A stretch of DNA of 63,034 nucleotides, counting the filler, from Diploschistes diacapsis (taxonomy: Eukaryota): the NCBI GenBank assembly GCA_023645945.1. It is 21 parts of 21 records of this genome, joined end to end, with 100 filler letters (N's around TTAATTAATTAA, not from the genome) between each part and the next. Parts side by side here need not be neighbours in the genome. Positions count along the whole stretch, not along the records: positions 1 to 19,426 come from JALAIB010000372.1; positions 19,527 to 38,931 come from JALAIB010000373.1; 19 more parts are not named here. One strand, 5' to 3'. The translations under genes and the position numbers were made by a program. Below the pieces are notes generated by a model. It was not told where the DNA came from. It worked only from the letters and a program-made list of their open reading frames with translations, and ran no database searches. Shown here one piece after another: positions 12,307 to 23,316 of the stretch (within the stretch, counting starts at the first letter, position 1; each line of letters opens with the position of its first letter).

Positions 12307-14189
12307 ATGCGCCTGCAGGCCTTTTTGTTCCTTCTAAGCTTAAGCGCTTGCTCTGCTAGCACTCTCGGGAATCGTTCCCCAAGCGCAAGGACTTACGACT
12401 ATATCGTGGTCGGTGGAGGGACAACCGGCTTGGTGGTCGCGAACCGGCTTACCGAGAATGCGAATGTTTCTGTCTTGATCATTGAAGCTGGTAGCTCTGC
12501 CTTCAACAACCCGCAAGTGTACGGTACAGGAGCATATGGCCAGGCTTTGGGCACTGCCGTCGACTGGGATTTCAAGGCCGCACCTCAAAAGTACGCCGGA
12601 AATGGACAGCCATCATTGCACGCCGGAAAAGCCATTGGCGGAACCAGCACGATCAATGGTGAGTCAATAGACGAGAAGTGCTCCAAATCTTTTGACGTCT
12701 ACAAGGAATGTCATACACACGCGCCCAAGACGTCCAAGTCGATGCTTGGGGCCAGCTCGGCAACACTGGCTGGAATTGGGCAACCCTTTTCCCTTATTAC
12801 CTGAAGAGCGAAGGCTACGAGGTCCCAACCGCGGCAATGCAAAGCGCGGGGGCATCGTACATATCAGCAGATCATGGCTTCTCAGGCCCCTTGAAGAACG
12901 GTTACACGTACGAGATGGCTAATGACAGCCTCCCGCATGTCTTCAACTCTACCGTGCAGAATCTAGGTGTGCCGTTCAACCAAGACGTCAATGGAGGGAA
13001 GATGCGTGGCTACATGGTCTATCCTAGGACCGTCGATACTGCACTAGATGTTCGAGAGGACGCGGGTCGGGCCTATTACTTCCCCTATACTTCCAGAACA
13101 AATCTTTATATGCAAGTCAACACAACCGTGACCAAAATCATGTGGGCAAACTCTTCTGGATCAAATGCTATAGCTTCGGGCGTTCAAGCTGTTGGTGCAT
13201 CAGGGGCAGTACAAACATATCAGGCCAATAAGGAGGTTGTTCTGGCTGCTGGCACTCTGAAGACACCACAGATACTGGAGCTTTCAGGAGTTGGAAATCC
13301 AAGGTGAGACTCCCAACGGAATAGTACGCCATTCGGCGCTGACATGTATAGTATCCTTTCCCAACACAACATCCCGACAAAAGTAGCACTTGCCGCGGTT
13401 GGGGAGAACCTGCAGGATCAGATCAACAATGGCCTCACCTATTCGGGGACCGCCACCACAGCATATACCGGCCAGCGAGGCTACGCCGTATATCCTAATG
13501 TAACGGATATATTTAGTAACTCAACAGCCTCCGTTGCATCTTCTGTAAAGTCCGCGATTCCGTCACACGCCTCCGCTGTGGCAGCGCAGAGCAACAACGC
13601 AAGCACAGTTGCCGAGCTCAAAGCACTGTTCAACTTGCAATACAATCTCTTGTTCCAATCACAAGTACCAGTCGCCGAAGTAATTTTCTACCCGTCAGGC
13701 ACATCCTTGGCCTCCCAGTACTGGGGGCTTCTACCTTTTGCTCGCGGCAACGTACACATCAGCTCCTCAGATCCGACCATACAGCCAACGATAAACCCAA
13801 ATTACTGGATGCTAGGATGGGATTCTGAAGCGCAGGTTGGAATTGCCAAATGGATCCGAAAACTCTTCGCCACAGCACCTGTTAGTAGCTTGGTCACGAA
13901 AGAGTCCTATCCTGGTACGTCGACCGTACCGGCCGGTGCTTCAGACTCTCAATGGGCAACTTGGCTCAAGTCTCAGTACCGCCCGAACTACCATTATATC
14001 GGCACCATGGCTATGAAGCCTCAGGCTAGCGGAGGAGCTGTTAGCGATCGGCTGGTTGTTTATGGTACCTCGAATGTGCGGGTTGTTGATGCGTCTATAT
14101 GGCCGACACAGCTCTGTGGACATCTTACTAGTACACTCTATGCGATAGCTGAGAGAGCAGCAGACCTGATCAAGCAGGATGATGCTTGA
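12307..14189 (+). CDS. Secreted GMC oxidoreductase (CAZy AA3_2), FAD-glucose dehydrogenase/glucose oxidase group
   Basis: Signal peptide; FAD motif YDYIVVGGGTTGLVVANRL; GKAIGGTSTINGMSYTRA; catalytic histidines in RPNYH and CGHL. Introns ~12659-12706 and ~13304-13351. Confidence 0.93.
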
Positions 14190-14568
14190 AGGGCCTAGAT
14201 GTCCATATGCTCAGACGAAGGGTTTATCGAAAGAGAGACTTGGCTCTGAATTAACGATTAATGGAAGTTGATGACCCTCATAAATGACATGGTCTAACAT
14301 AGGTAATATCATGTTGATAATTTATATTATATTATTCTTTACCGAGTCAAGCGGAGCCCCGCGCCACCCTAGGGCTGAGCCGAGAGGCCCTACTTTATGG
14401 ATGATTAGAACCCCACCACCGAAAAACATTTCCTCGGTGAATTTCTTTCTAGACCGCCTTGCTGTTTCTCACTGACCTTCCCTTTTTTTTTGGGATAAGC
14501 CGAACCACAGAGCGACGACATTGCGTAACATACTGCCTCTTCGCCGTCCTCCCATCTTTGTAACCGCT

Positions 14569-16561
14569 ATGGTTTCTGCGTCGAAAGCTGCGCGCCAGGC
14601 CAAGAGGGCTGCTGACGGCAAGGATGACAAGAAGAAGACTGTTGCATCAAAACTAGCGTCGAAAACGGGATCCAAAGCCTCATCTGTCAACGGAGATGCA
14701 ACGCCGCCTTTACTTGATGGCGATGGAAATGAGGACGAGGCCGCAACTTCCCAAGCTAAGATGGGCGACGTCAAGAAGCTCACCGAGCAGATGGACAAGC
14801 ATGGTCTGTCGGAACGGGTAACGACTGGCGTTCTTGCATCGCTCCCATCTAGCCGCGACGTTAAGATTACGTCTGTGTCGCTTGTGTTTCACGGCAAGGT
14901 TCTGATCACAGATGCTACACTCGAGCTCACTTATGGCCGGCGATATGGCCTGCTTGGGGAGAACGGCTGTGGGAAGTCTACGCTGCTGAAAGCGATTGAT
15001 AAGCGAGAATTCCCAGTACCGGAGCACGTGGATATCTATCTCCTAAACGAAGGCGCCCCTCCAAGTGACCTTGGGGCTCTAGAATGGGTGGTTAAGGAAG
15101 CTGATAACGAGATGGCGAGGCTGGATAAGTTAGCCGAAGACATATTGGAGAGAGACGGGCCAGAAAGTCCTATTCTAATGGATATTTATGAAGTGAGTAG
15201 CTCCCATCTTCCACCGCGGTGCATGCTAAGTGTCTATGTAGCGAATGGAAACCATGGATCCTTCAACCTTCCAGACTCGCGCCTCCTTGATCCTTACCGG
15301 TCTCGGCTTCAACAAGAAAACGATTAACAAGAAGACTAAGGACATGTCTGGCGGCTGGAGGATGCGCGTGGCTCTGGGGAAAGCATTGTTCGTCAAACCT
15401 TCGCTGCTCCTACTCGACGATCCTACGGCCCACTTGGATCTTGAAGCTTGCGTGTGGCTGGAAGAGTACTTGAAGAAATGGGACCGGACATTGATCCTCG
15501 TCTCTCACAGTATGGACTTCTTGAACGGAGTTTGCTCCAATATGGTCGACATGCGGCAACGGCAGCTTCAGTATTACGGTGGTAACTACGATTCCTACAT
15601 CAAGACCCGGAGCGAAAACGAGACAAATCAGATGAAGGCCTACCAGAAGCAACAAGACGAGATCAAGCACATTAAGCAGTTCATCGCTTCGGCCGGTACT
15701 TATGCCAATCTTGTCCGACAAGCCAAATCAAGGCAAAAGATTCTCGACAAGATGGAAGCAGATGGCTTTATCCAGCCAGTGGCACAGGACCGCATCTTCA
15801 CCTTCCGGTTTGCAGACGTCGAGAAGCTTCCTCCGCCGGTTTTGTCTCTAGATGATGTTACGTTTTCCTATTCCGGTAACGCCAAGGACAACCTTTACGA
15901 GCACATCGACTTTGGTGTAGACATGGACTCCCGGACGGCTCTAGTTGGGCCTAATGGTGTTGGCAAGTCCACTCTCCTTCGCCTTATGACCGGAAAGCTC
16001 TCCCCGACTGGCGGCAATATTTCACGGCATACTCACTTGAGGTTGGGTATGTACTCGCAGCACTCCGCCGAACAGTTGGACCTCACCAAGTCTGCCCTCG
16101 ACTTTGTCCGTGACAAGTATTCTTCAATGAGCCAAGATTATCAATACTGGCGCCAGCAGCTCGGCCGTTACGGCCTCTCCGGCGAGGCACAAACCGCTCT
16201 GATGGGGACACTGTCGGAAGGGCAGAAGAGTCGAATCGTTTTCGCTTTGCTAGCCATTGACGCCCCCAACATGCTTCTTCTTGACGAGCCGACAAATGGG
16301 CTCGATATCCCGACCATCGACTCCTTAGCGGATGCAATTAATGCCTTTAACGGTGGCGTTGTGGTAGTTTCGCATGACTTTAGGTAAGCAATAAACGAGC
16401 AATCAATGTTGTGACGCTCGCTGATACCTGCCAGATTGCTCGACAAGATCGCAAAAGACATCATGGTCTGCGAGAACAAATCTATCCGCCGATGGGACGG
16501 CTCGATAGGCGAGTACAAGAACCACTTGAGGAAAAAGATGTTTGCAGCTGGGTCTGTGTAG
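14569..16561 (+). CDS. ARB1: ABCF2-type soluble ABC ATPase Arb1
   Basis: N-terminus [13 protein letters not shown]. Two nucleotide-binding domains ([43 protein letters not shown]). Introns 15193-15241 and ~16384-16434. Confidence 0.95.
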
Positions 16562-17011
16562 CGCTATGACTTCTTCCACTAGCAGCTGATATCGGACTTT
16601 TTGAAACGATTGCAAGCCAAGAAAGCTGTGCAAGAAGTTAGTAATTGTTAAGCAGTTGCTATGAGACCATGACCACTGGAAGGGAAGGATAGGGTCATGG
16701 AAGCATGGGCTGGTCGGCAACAAGTGGCAGACTTTATCTCATGGGGTGCATATGTACCGCTCTGCATTGATAGAGAGAGGTACCGGCGTGCGGCGCTCAA
16801 AAATGATAGAGCTTAGAAACCAGTTGCATCAATATAATTTATTGCTATCCATGCACAACTAGTTGCCCCTAGTTGAAGTGCCGCTCTATCATGCTATGTT
16901 GATTTGCATCATTCATTTGGTCCAATCATATCAATTACCGCTATCACGTCGCTCAATTCATTACCAAAAATCTCAATCCGCACCAACCAACAATTTCTCA
17001 CAATCTACTTG

Positions 17012-18523
17012 TCATATCTCTTTCTCGTGCGTGGCCCACCCAACCCACCTCCTCACACAGGCGTCCACATCCCTGACGCCCTCCCTGCTCGCGTCAACCT
17101 CGAACCACTCCCTATGCTCCTTGCCACAGCCGTCGCACGCCCTCTTGACGCGCTTTTCTTGCAGCTCGAGATGGATTAGACGCTCCACCCGTTGGATGAA
17201 GGGCGCTTTCCGTGAGGATGGAGAGGGCGACGGCGAGCTTGGTATCAACCCGTCGGAAGGCGTAGGCGACAAATGGGCCGGCCGTGCCGGGGCGAAGTGA
17301 CGAGGAGAAGGCGTGGGCGATGGTGCTAGCGATGTAGACAGGGATGCAGGGTTGTGGTTCGGAGCCGGATAGTACCGGAGCAGCGTGATATGGTGGCCGC
17401 ACTGCCGGCTCCATTCATTCATGCGCCTGTGTACATTGGAAGCGCGGCCGATCTTGAGCGTGATTGTCTTCTCCTTGGCTGTTCCTCTCGCCGTTCGCCC
17501 GTCCGTTGTGGCCGCTGCGCGGTCACTCTCGTTGCTGCTGGTCGCTGCGAAATCACGGAGCACGTCACTTGTGCGTCGCGCGTTGCACACTCCGTCTGGC
17601 CGGCTGGGTGGAGCAAGGAGGGAAGATGCAGCGCTCGCTGCTGTTCGGGGGACGTTGGTTGGTGTTAGCCAGAAGATGTAGATGTAGCCTGGCTCGTGGT
17701 CGGATGGCGTAAAGGGTTTGGTAAGCTCGGATAAAAGAATGGAGGCTGTAGCAGGCTGCACTGTGGAAGGGATAAGAGACAGGTATCTTGAGGTTTGCGA
17801 GGGTGTAGGTGTCACGGGCACGCCGGCTTGAGGCAAGGTAGAAAGAGAAGGGCGGTTGGAGGGGGTATGATGAGGGTTGGCGCTGGCCATCTCAGGCTGT
17901 AGCGCAGGTCTTGGACGAGGTGCTGGAAGAGTTTCTGAGGGTGGCCTGCGCATGCAGCAGAAAAACGAGAAATGAACGTCTCGTTGTTGCTTTTGTGAAG
18001 GACGTGCTGGTGGTCGTCTCCCTGGTTGTGTAGGTTGGGTATCAAGCGGATTCTCGGGTACCGCCATCAGTGGTCCAGGTATTCCTTGCCACTGTTGAGG
18101 CAGGGTGTCCCTTCGAACGGTGTTGTCTGCACCAGTGCCTGAATCTCCGCTCGGTCGATTCCTCCTCCTCTTGGGTTTGTCCTCGACCTCTAGCACTCCA
18201 AGTCTGTTAACCAAAGTATCAATGCTACTCCTTTCTTTAAGCTCCAGTATCTGCGAGGCGCCAGGCTGCATTGCGAGATTCGATGCCTGGTCCTTGTGCT
18301 GCCAGCAAAAGTATGCCGCTGCGGCTTCGTGGTTTCCACCTACATTTGGTACAACAGCGAGCATACCGCTGCTTTCTGGACGGCGAGGCGAGCTGCGCGG
18401 TGAACCTGCTAAGGACCTACGGCACGGTCTTCCGTTAGACGTTATGCCTTTGCACGTTGTAGCCGGGTTTTTTGAATCGGAGCGAGGGATTAGGGATTCT
18501 GGGGTGCCCGAGACGAAGGGCAT
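17012..18523 (-). CDS. MUG113/T5orf172 (DUF1766, GIY-YIG-like) domain protein
   Basis: N-terminal CKGITSNGRPCRR and FCWQH; C-terminal GYIYIF, LKIGRASNVHRRMNEW, RVERLIHLEL and CxxCGKEHREWFEV. Single exon. Confidence 0.85.
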   Translation of the reverse strand: MPFVSGTPESLIPRSDSKNPATTCKGITSNGRPCRRSLAGSPRSSPRRPESSGMLAVVPNVGGNHEAAAAYFCWQHKDQASNLAMQPGASQILELKERSSIDTLVNRLGVLEVEDKPKRRRNRPSGDSGTGADNTVRRDTLPQQWQGIPGPLMAVPENPLDTQPTQPGRRPPARPSQKQQRDVHFSFFCCMRRPPSETLPAPRPRPALQPEMASANPHHTPSNRPSLSTLPQAGVPVTPTPSQTSRYLSLIPSTVQPATASILLSELTKPFTPSDHEPGYIYIFWLTPTNVPRTAASAASSLLAPPSRPDGVCNARRTSDVLRDFAATSSNESDRAAATTDGRTARGTAKEKTITLKIGRASNVHRRMNEWSRQCGHHITLLRYYPAPNHNPASLSTSLAPSPTPSPRHFAPARPAHLSPTPSDGLIPSSPSPSPSSRKAPFIQRVERLIHLELQEKRVKRACDGCGKEHREWFEVDASREGVRDVDACVRRWVGWATHEKEI

Positions 18524-18974
18524 CTTCTCTGTAGGGTAAGGGAGCTTCAGCTACAAAAAAAAGGAGATCAGTGACGGTAGCGCTCTCTCAAGGGCTCTTC
18601 GAAGTTGGTCTTGTAATTAGCAGACTCGACTTATGGTCCACAGGCTGTATCGCATATTAACCTTCAAAGCCTTCAGCACACTGCATGTTCTAAGCAACAG
18701 TGAAGATGCGCTTATATGTTTTGTGAGAATTACGAAATACTCACTCAACCTACCTGAAAATAAGACTTAATGTTGTCTTACCTGGATATGACTCGAGGAG
18801 TTGAAGAAGAAAAGGTGGCCAGGAGGGCTGTATCGCGCTTCGTATACAGTACGTTGCAAAAGTTAATAGAATCCGTTTGGCATTCTTGGCGTAAGCGTCG
18901 ATTGATAAAATCAGGTTTTAAATATAAAATAAATATTATAATTAAGTTAAATTAGGATAATATAATAAATATTA

Positions 18975-19190
18975 ACGTATATGCATAGCGAGCGGACACT
19001 CATAGCGAACGGATACCTCCCATTTAATTTTACGAACTTTTAACTTTTATATCAATTTTCTACGCGTACGATCATAAAATCATCTTTAATTAAAAATAAA
19101 ATCATAATAATATTTTAAATTATTAAATAAAATCTAAATCTTAATATAAAACGCGTATTTTAAATATATAAGATTTCTCGTATAACGTTT
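18975..19190 (+). mobile_element. Fot1/pogo-type (Tc1-mariner) transposon end, family 1, RIP-mutated
   Basis: TA followed by ACGTATATGCATAGCGAGCGGACAC..AGCGAACGGATAC, a TIR with an internal direct repeat. Matches the reverse complement of 47068-47114. Confidence 0.8.
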
Positions 19191-19252
19191 CGTCACGAAA
19201 AGTTTTTGGCGGCGAAACACCGCGCAAATCCGCGAAGTTGGCGAAACTGGCG
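19191..19252 (+). mobile_element. DNA-transposon-like terminus (CRTCACGAAAAGTTTT plus GGCGAAAC subterminal repeats)
   Basis: The same terminus occurs at 39749. Truncated here by an LTR. Confidence 0.55.
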
Positions 19253-19426
19253 TGTTATGATCTCTATCTATACAAGGTATACACGAGTAGGATCAAGGTG
19301 GGTTTGGTCTCTGTTAGAAGAGGAATGTGGCAGTAGAAGAAGATAGAGCAGTCACAGGTCTTGGATTGTCTCTAGAAAGAAAGCTTTTTAATAATAAAAG
19401 ATAACGAATATAGATTAATCCCGAAT
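19253..19426 (-). mobile_element. Ty3/gypsy LTR family A (partial)
   Basis: TGTTATGATCTCTATCTATACAAGG.. is also found at 42035 and 55070. Confidence 0.85.
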
Positions 19427-19526
19427 NNNNNNNNNNNNNNNNNNNNNNNNNNNNNNNNNNNNNNNNNNNNTTAATTAATTAANNNNNNNNNNNNNNNNNN
19501 NNNNNNNNNNNNNNNNNNNNNNNNNN
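19427..19526. other. Artificial contig linker N44-TTAATTAATTAA-N44 (first of 20)
   Basis: An identical 100-bp all-frame-stop spacer recurs between contigs of steadily decreasing length (19426, 19405, then 1172 down to 1166 bp). Confidence 0.98.
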
Positions 19527-19590
19527 GGCCGAGGTTGGATTACTAGGCCGAGGATGGTAAGCGCCAGCGTGGTGGGGCTGGCTGCCAAAC

Positions 19591-19687
19591 GCGCCACGTA
19601 GAGCTGCCTCTACGTAGATGACGGCCGTCATCTACGTAGATTCGCTCTACCGTAGAGCAGCTCTACGGGGCGCCAAACAGGGCCTTA
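19591..19687. mobile_element. PIF/Harbinger (Tourist)-like element end with nested palindromes
   Basis: Ends ..GCCAAACAGGGCC followed by TTA (reverse complement GGCCCTGTTTGGC, a Tourist-like TIR). Perfect 32-bp palindrome at 19609-19640. Confidence 0.55.
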
Positions 19688-20184
19688 ATATAGAGTATTT
19701 TTATAGATTAGTAGCTTAGAAACTGTTTCAATTACAATTATTAACACTCCTTTCTCTATATAATACTCATATATCTTAGTTCGCTCAAGATGCTGCTCAA
19801 GACTCTGCGAGGTGTTAGCATTGTTGCACCTACATCAAAGCTTGGGGAATGCTTCAGATCAGTTATAAAACAAACCCGGTATATAGACACAATGTGGTGG
19901 AAGAGGTTTCTTCATAATTTGAATCTGAATACAATAGAGGGCCAAGCACGCCCACGATCAGGCGCTAGACTTGCCTGGACAAGGCAATATCGTTATTGGA
20001 GCCCTCATGGCCAATCCACTCCGACATAGATAGTCCTGTCCAAGGCAGCCTTGCAAAGTATAAGGATTTTCCTTCTGCATCAAAGCGTCAAGCAATCTTG
20101 CTTCTGAACTTCGCTATTTTTCAGTATTTGTATATCTTCTTTTCTACCCTATGTGTGTGTGCTAGGTTTGAATGATTCTACGCT

Positions 20185-23100
20185 ATGTCTTGGTTAAAGC
20201 AGATAAGCTCCTCATTATTTACAGCATCAAATGAAAACACGCTCGCCCTTGCGAACCTGAAGTTTGATTTTGCTTTGCTGAAGGTAGAAGCGCCAAAAGA
20301 ATTCAGTCCACTCGGGAGTGCTCTGTGTGAACGGCGAAAGACCGAGGCTGAAGATGGAAACTCGCATAAAACGGCTCGAAAGTTGGGCGCCCTGTTTGAA
20401 CAGATGATCCCAAACACACCAAAGCTCATTTCAGCTTACGGCCAGAGGGTCTCTGAAATAATGGATATGCCTGGAGTGAACCCCGAAGGTCTCAGTAGCC
20501 ACGGCCCATTCAGAACGTATGTAGGGGCTGATGCCACTGCTCTGTGGGCAGCAGCAACATCTGGTATCCCAGCTCTTGCAATGTACCTGCTCGCTTCTCA
20601 ACTCGCCAGTGAATGGGATCACAAGGAGGCTGTTTCGATTTGGGTTGAGTTGGTGGCTGAACGGAAAAAAGAAATAATGGATGGCTGCCATGAAAATCAC
20701 ATGATTACAGAGTCGAGTCTGTTTAGCAGTCGCCAAGATATATCTAGGAACGAACTTTCGGCTTGGGATACTAGTGCACGCTCCTGGATTCGCAGTGCCA
20801 ACCAGGCAAAAAGAAAGGAGGTAGACCAATTCCTTCTCATCCTGAAAAACCAGACCATAGACCACCTCTCCGGCACAGGAACATATGAAAAACTCCTCAA
20901 CAGGTGGCGTGAGGCAATGAATGGTATGGAACACCTCCTTTGCGGAAGACCACAGTCAATCGTCGAGCGCTCCATACCGTCAGCGATTTTGTCATGGCAC
21001 CTGTTTCCCGATCTTATTGTCCTCAACAAACAAGTTACCAACGTACCGTTCAGGGACAAACTCCTTCCACAGTCGGGAACATGCACTATGGGGTCTGTCT
21101 CAAGCGTTAAAGAAGTTGTATCACACTGGTCACTGACGCTATCACACTTCCAATTTTATGGTCCCCCTGTCAAAGTCACCAGTCAAGAGCAGTTCTCCCG
21201 TGTCAATATACATCAGTTCCTGGTTGTCACTTTTGGTTCATTGCTTGGTGCTTGGAAAATTCACAGGTCCGATGTCCTCATGACAGCTTGGTGGTTCGAA
21301 ACACTTTGGACGGTCCTAAAAACGAGCCCTTTTCAGCCCCGTCGAACACACTGGCTGAAAGGATTTGAATGGCTACATTGTCTCGTCGAAGCAGCTAGAC
21401 TTGTTATCAAATCCGAGGGATCTGGGGATAAAGGCATCGCGCAGCTCCTTGAGTTTGGAATGCGGAGGGCCAAGAACTTTTTATGTGATAAACCATTTGA
21501 CATCATCCCATTCTTTGGACTCTGCAATCCATATGTATTGTCGGGTCTTACACAGTCGTCTGATGTGGAATGTAGTATTCGCTTCATGCGAGAGATCGCC
21601 CACGGCCTTCAGCTGGACAGCTCACAAGCTGTCATTATGTTGGTCCATAATCATGTATCGTGTGGCTGCAGCTCCACAGAACCTCAATATTATGAGTTCG
21701 TTAGCGTTGCAGAGTCTGACCAGAACAGTAACAAACGTTCTGCACACGGAGAGCGCGTTTCCATAAGAAGCCATGTTCATTGGCTATCTGTTGAAATGCG
21801 AGCGGTAATGCCAGATGCTGGATTGCTGAGTGGTTCCACTTCATTGCCAGAAAGCCTCCCTGTGATAGCTTCTCGGATTGCCAACATACATAGGCTTGGG
21901 GAACGAGTCTTACACGCCTGGTACAACGATCCCATGCAAAATCTGGCCTGGGACGTCTGGCACCAAGCAACAATGAAGGACCCTAGCCAATTCAAGTGTA
22001 TCATTGGTGACCAATTCTGGGGTTTATGGGCGAAGCGTGAGGCCACTGCATCATGGGTTCCTTCTGTGCCCAATGATTCCTTAGTAAAAAGTCTTGTGCT
22101 GAAGACTAATCTGCGTGGCACGCCTAACTCTCCCAATATTCAAACAGTTGCGCCGGGCCGTTTGTATGATTATCTTTATTTTATCACTACCTCTAAAGAG
22201 ACGGTTGTTGCGGTTCACAATGAAGCACAGTTATGGGCTCCCGGCGTATCATTTTTGGCTCGTCATTTTAGTCTTCCGCCTTTCTGCATTCGCTCTTTGC
22301 ACGCCATTGCCATGGCTCGTCTAATATACTCTTATTTGGAGGATGCCACAATCTCGCTAAAATTGGTTACAAAAGATTCTCCGATTGCCCATGCGCAATG
22401 GAGCTATGCAAACTACTCGCAAGAAATTCTCGTAGGATATCAGGGTCCTGAACATGGCGAAGCCGAGGATGACCACAAGAAAAAGTACAGTGATCCAAGC
22501 GCTCTTCGACCTAATCTCCTAGCACCAGTACAAATCATGTACACTCGTCAACAGACGTTCGCATGCCTGGCACATTTGGAAACTGGGTACGTTGACTTGC
22601 ACCCAAACGGTCTAGATTTGGCACTCGCTCTGAGTATTGAAAATTCCATCTATGTTGCCGGTGTAGTTCTATCCGATCCCTACGAGAAGGTCCCCGGATA
22701 TCGTCTGAAGCGGCTGACCGGCAATATCGGACGCGATGGAATATCTATACTGATAGCACCGAAGAACCCCCAAGTCCGTGAGCCGAGCGAGTGTTATAAC
22801 CTCGTGGAACACAAAACCTACGATTTGCAACGCGAGGATAATTTCAAAGCGACCTCCATGCACCTGCAGTTCACAGAATGGACGATGCCCTTAGATCCCA
22901 CTAGCACACGCACAATAGATCAAGACGTCTTTTTCGTAGAATCCGTCATTTCCGTCCTTGACCGGGGAAAGTGGGTTGCAGACCTGGATATCCTGAGCAT
23001 ACAATTTTCCGACCTGATTCGAGTTGACTCAAGGCCTTGCACCACACCTGGTCACGGAAAGACCGTCTATGAGTACCGATGTCTTGATAGCTGGGAGGAG

Positions 23101-23316
23101 CTCCTGGACCCTCCGGATAGTGTCAAGCTATTTCGAGCACATGGAAACTGGGCGGCAAGACTCGCAGCGGTATCAATCCTCACGCAATGCGGGAAAGCGC
23201 ATTGCATTGCCATGTTCGGGCCTAATGACTTTTGTTTAACATGTTTGGAGGATTATAACTTGTTGACAGGGTTCAAAGATGTTGAGTCTGCGCTGCCATC
23301 GTTTTGTATTGATTGA
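20185..23316 (+). CDS. Large intronless protein of unknown function (1043 aa)
   Basis: 3.1-kb uninterrupted ATG-to-TGA ORF of complex, globular-looking composition. No signal peptide and no motif I recognise. C-terminal CxxC (FCLTCLE). Confidence 0.85.
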   Translation: MSWLKQISSSLFTASNENTLALANLKFDFALLKVEAPKEFSPLGSALCERRKTEAEDGNSHKTARKLGALFEQMIPNTPKLISAYGQRVSEIMDMPGVNPEGLSSHGPFRTYVGADATALWAAATSGIPALAMYLLASQLASEWDHKEAVSIWVELVAERKKEIMDGCHENHMITESSLFSSRQDISRNELSAWDTSARSWIRSANQAKRKEVDQFLLILKNQTIDHLSGTGTYEKLLNRWREAMNGMEHLLCGRPQSIVERSIPSAILSWHLFPDLIVLNKQVTNVPFRDKLLPQSGTCTMGSVSSVKEVVSHWSLTLSHFQFYGPPVKVTSQEQFSRVNIHQFLVVTFGSLLGAWKIHRSDVLMTAWWFETLWTVLKTSPFQPRRTHWLKGFEWLHCLVEAARLVIKSEGSGDKGIAQLLEFGMRRAKNFLCDKPFDIIPFFGLCNPYVLSGLTQSSDVECSIRFMREIAHGLQLDSSQAVIMLVHNHVSCGCSSTEPQYYEFVSVAESDQNSNKRSAHGERVSIRSHVHWLSVEMRAVMPDAGLLSGSTSLPESLPVIASRIANIHRLGERVLHAWYNDPMQNLAWDVWHQATMKDPSQFKCIIGDQFWGLWAKREATASWVPSVPNDSLVKSLVLKTNLRGTPNSPNIQTVAPGRLYDYLYFITTSKETVVAVHNEAQLWAPGVSFLARHFSLPPFCIRSLHAIAMARLIYSYLEDATISLKLVTKDSPIAHAQWSYANYSQEILVGYQGPEHGEAEDDHKKKYSDPSALRPNLLAPVQIMYTRQQTFACLAHLETGYVDLHPNGLDLALALSIENSIYVAGVVLSDPYEKVPGYRLKRLTGNIGRDGISILIAPKNPQVREPSECYNLVEHKTYDLQREDNFKATSMHLQFTEWTMPLDPTSTRTIDQDVFFVESVISVLDRGKWVADLDILSIQFSDLIRVDSRPCTTPGHGKTVYEYRCLDSWEELLDPPDSVKLFRAHGNWAARLAAVSILTQCGKAHCIAMFGPNDFCLTCLEDYNLLTGFKDVESALPSFCID

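Noticed and set aside
19527..23316. Starship element with the 1043-aa ORF as captain
   Set aside because: No recognisable DUF3435 tyrosine-recombinase motifs, and the downstream genes are ordinary housekeeping genes.
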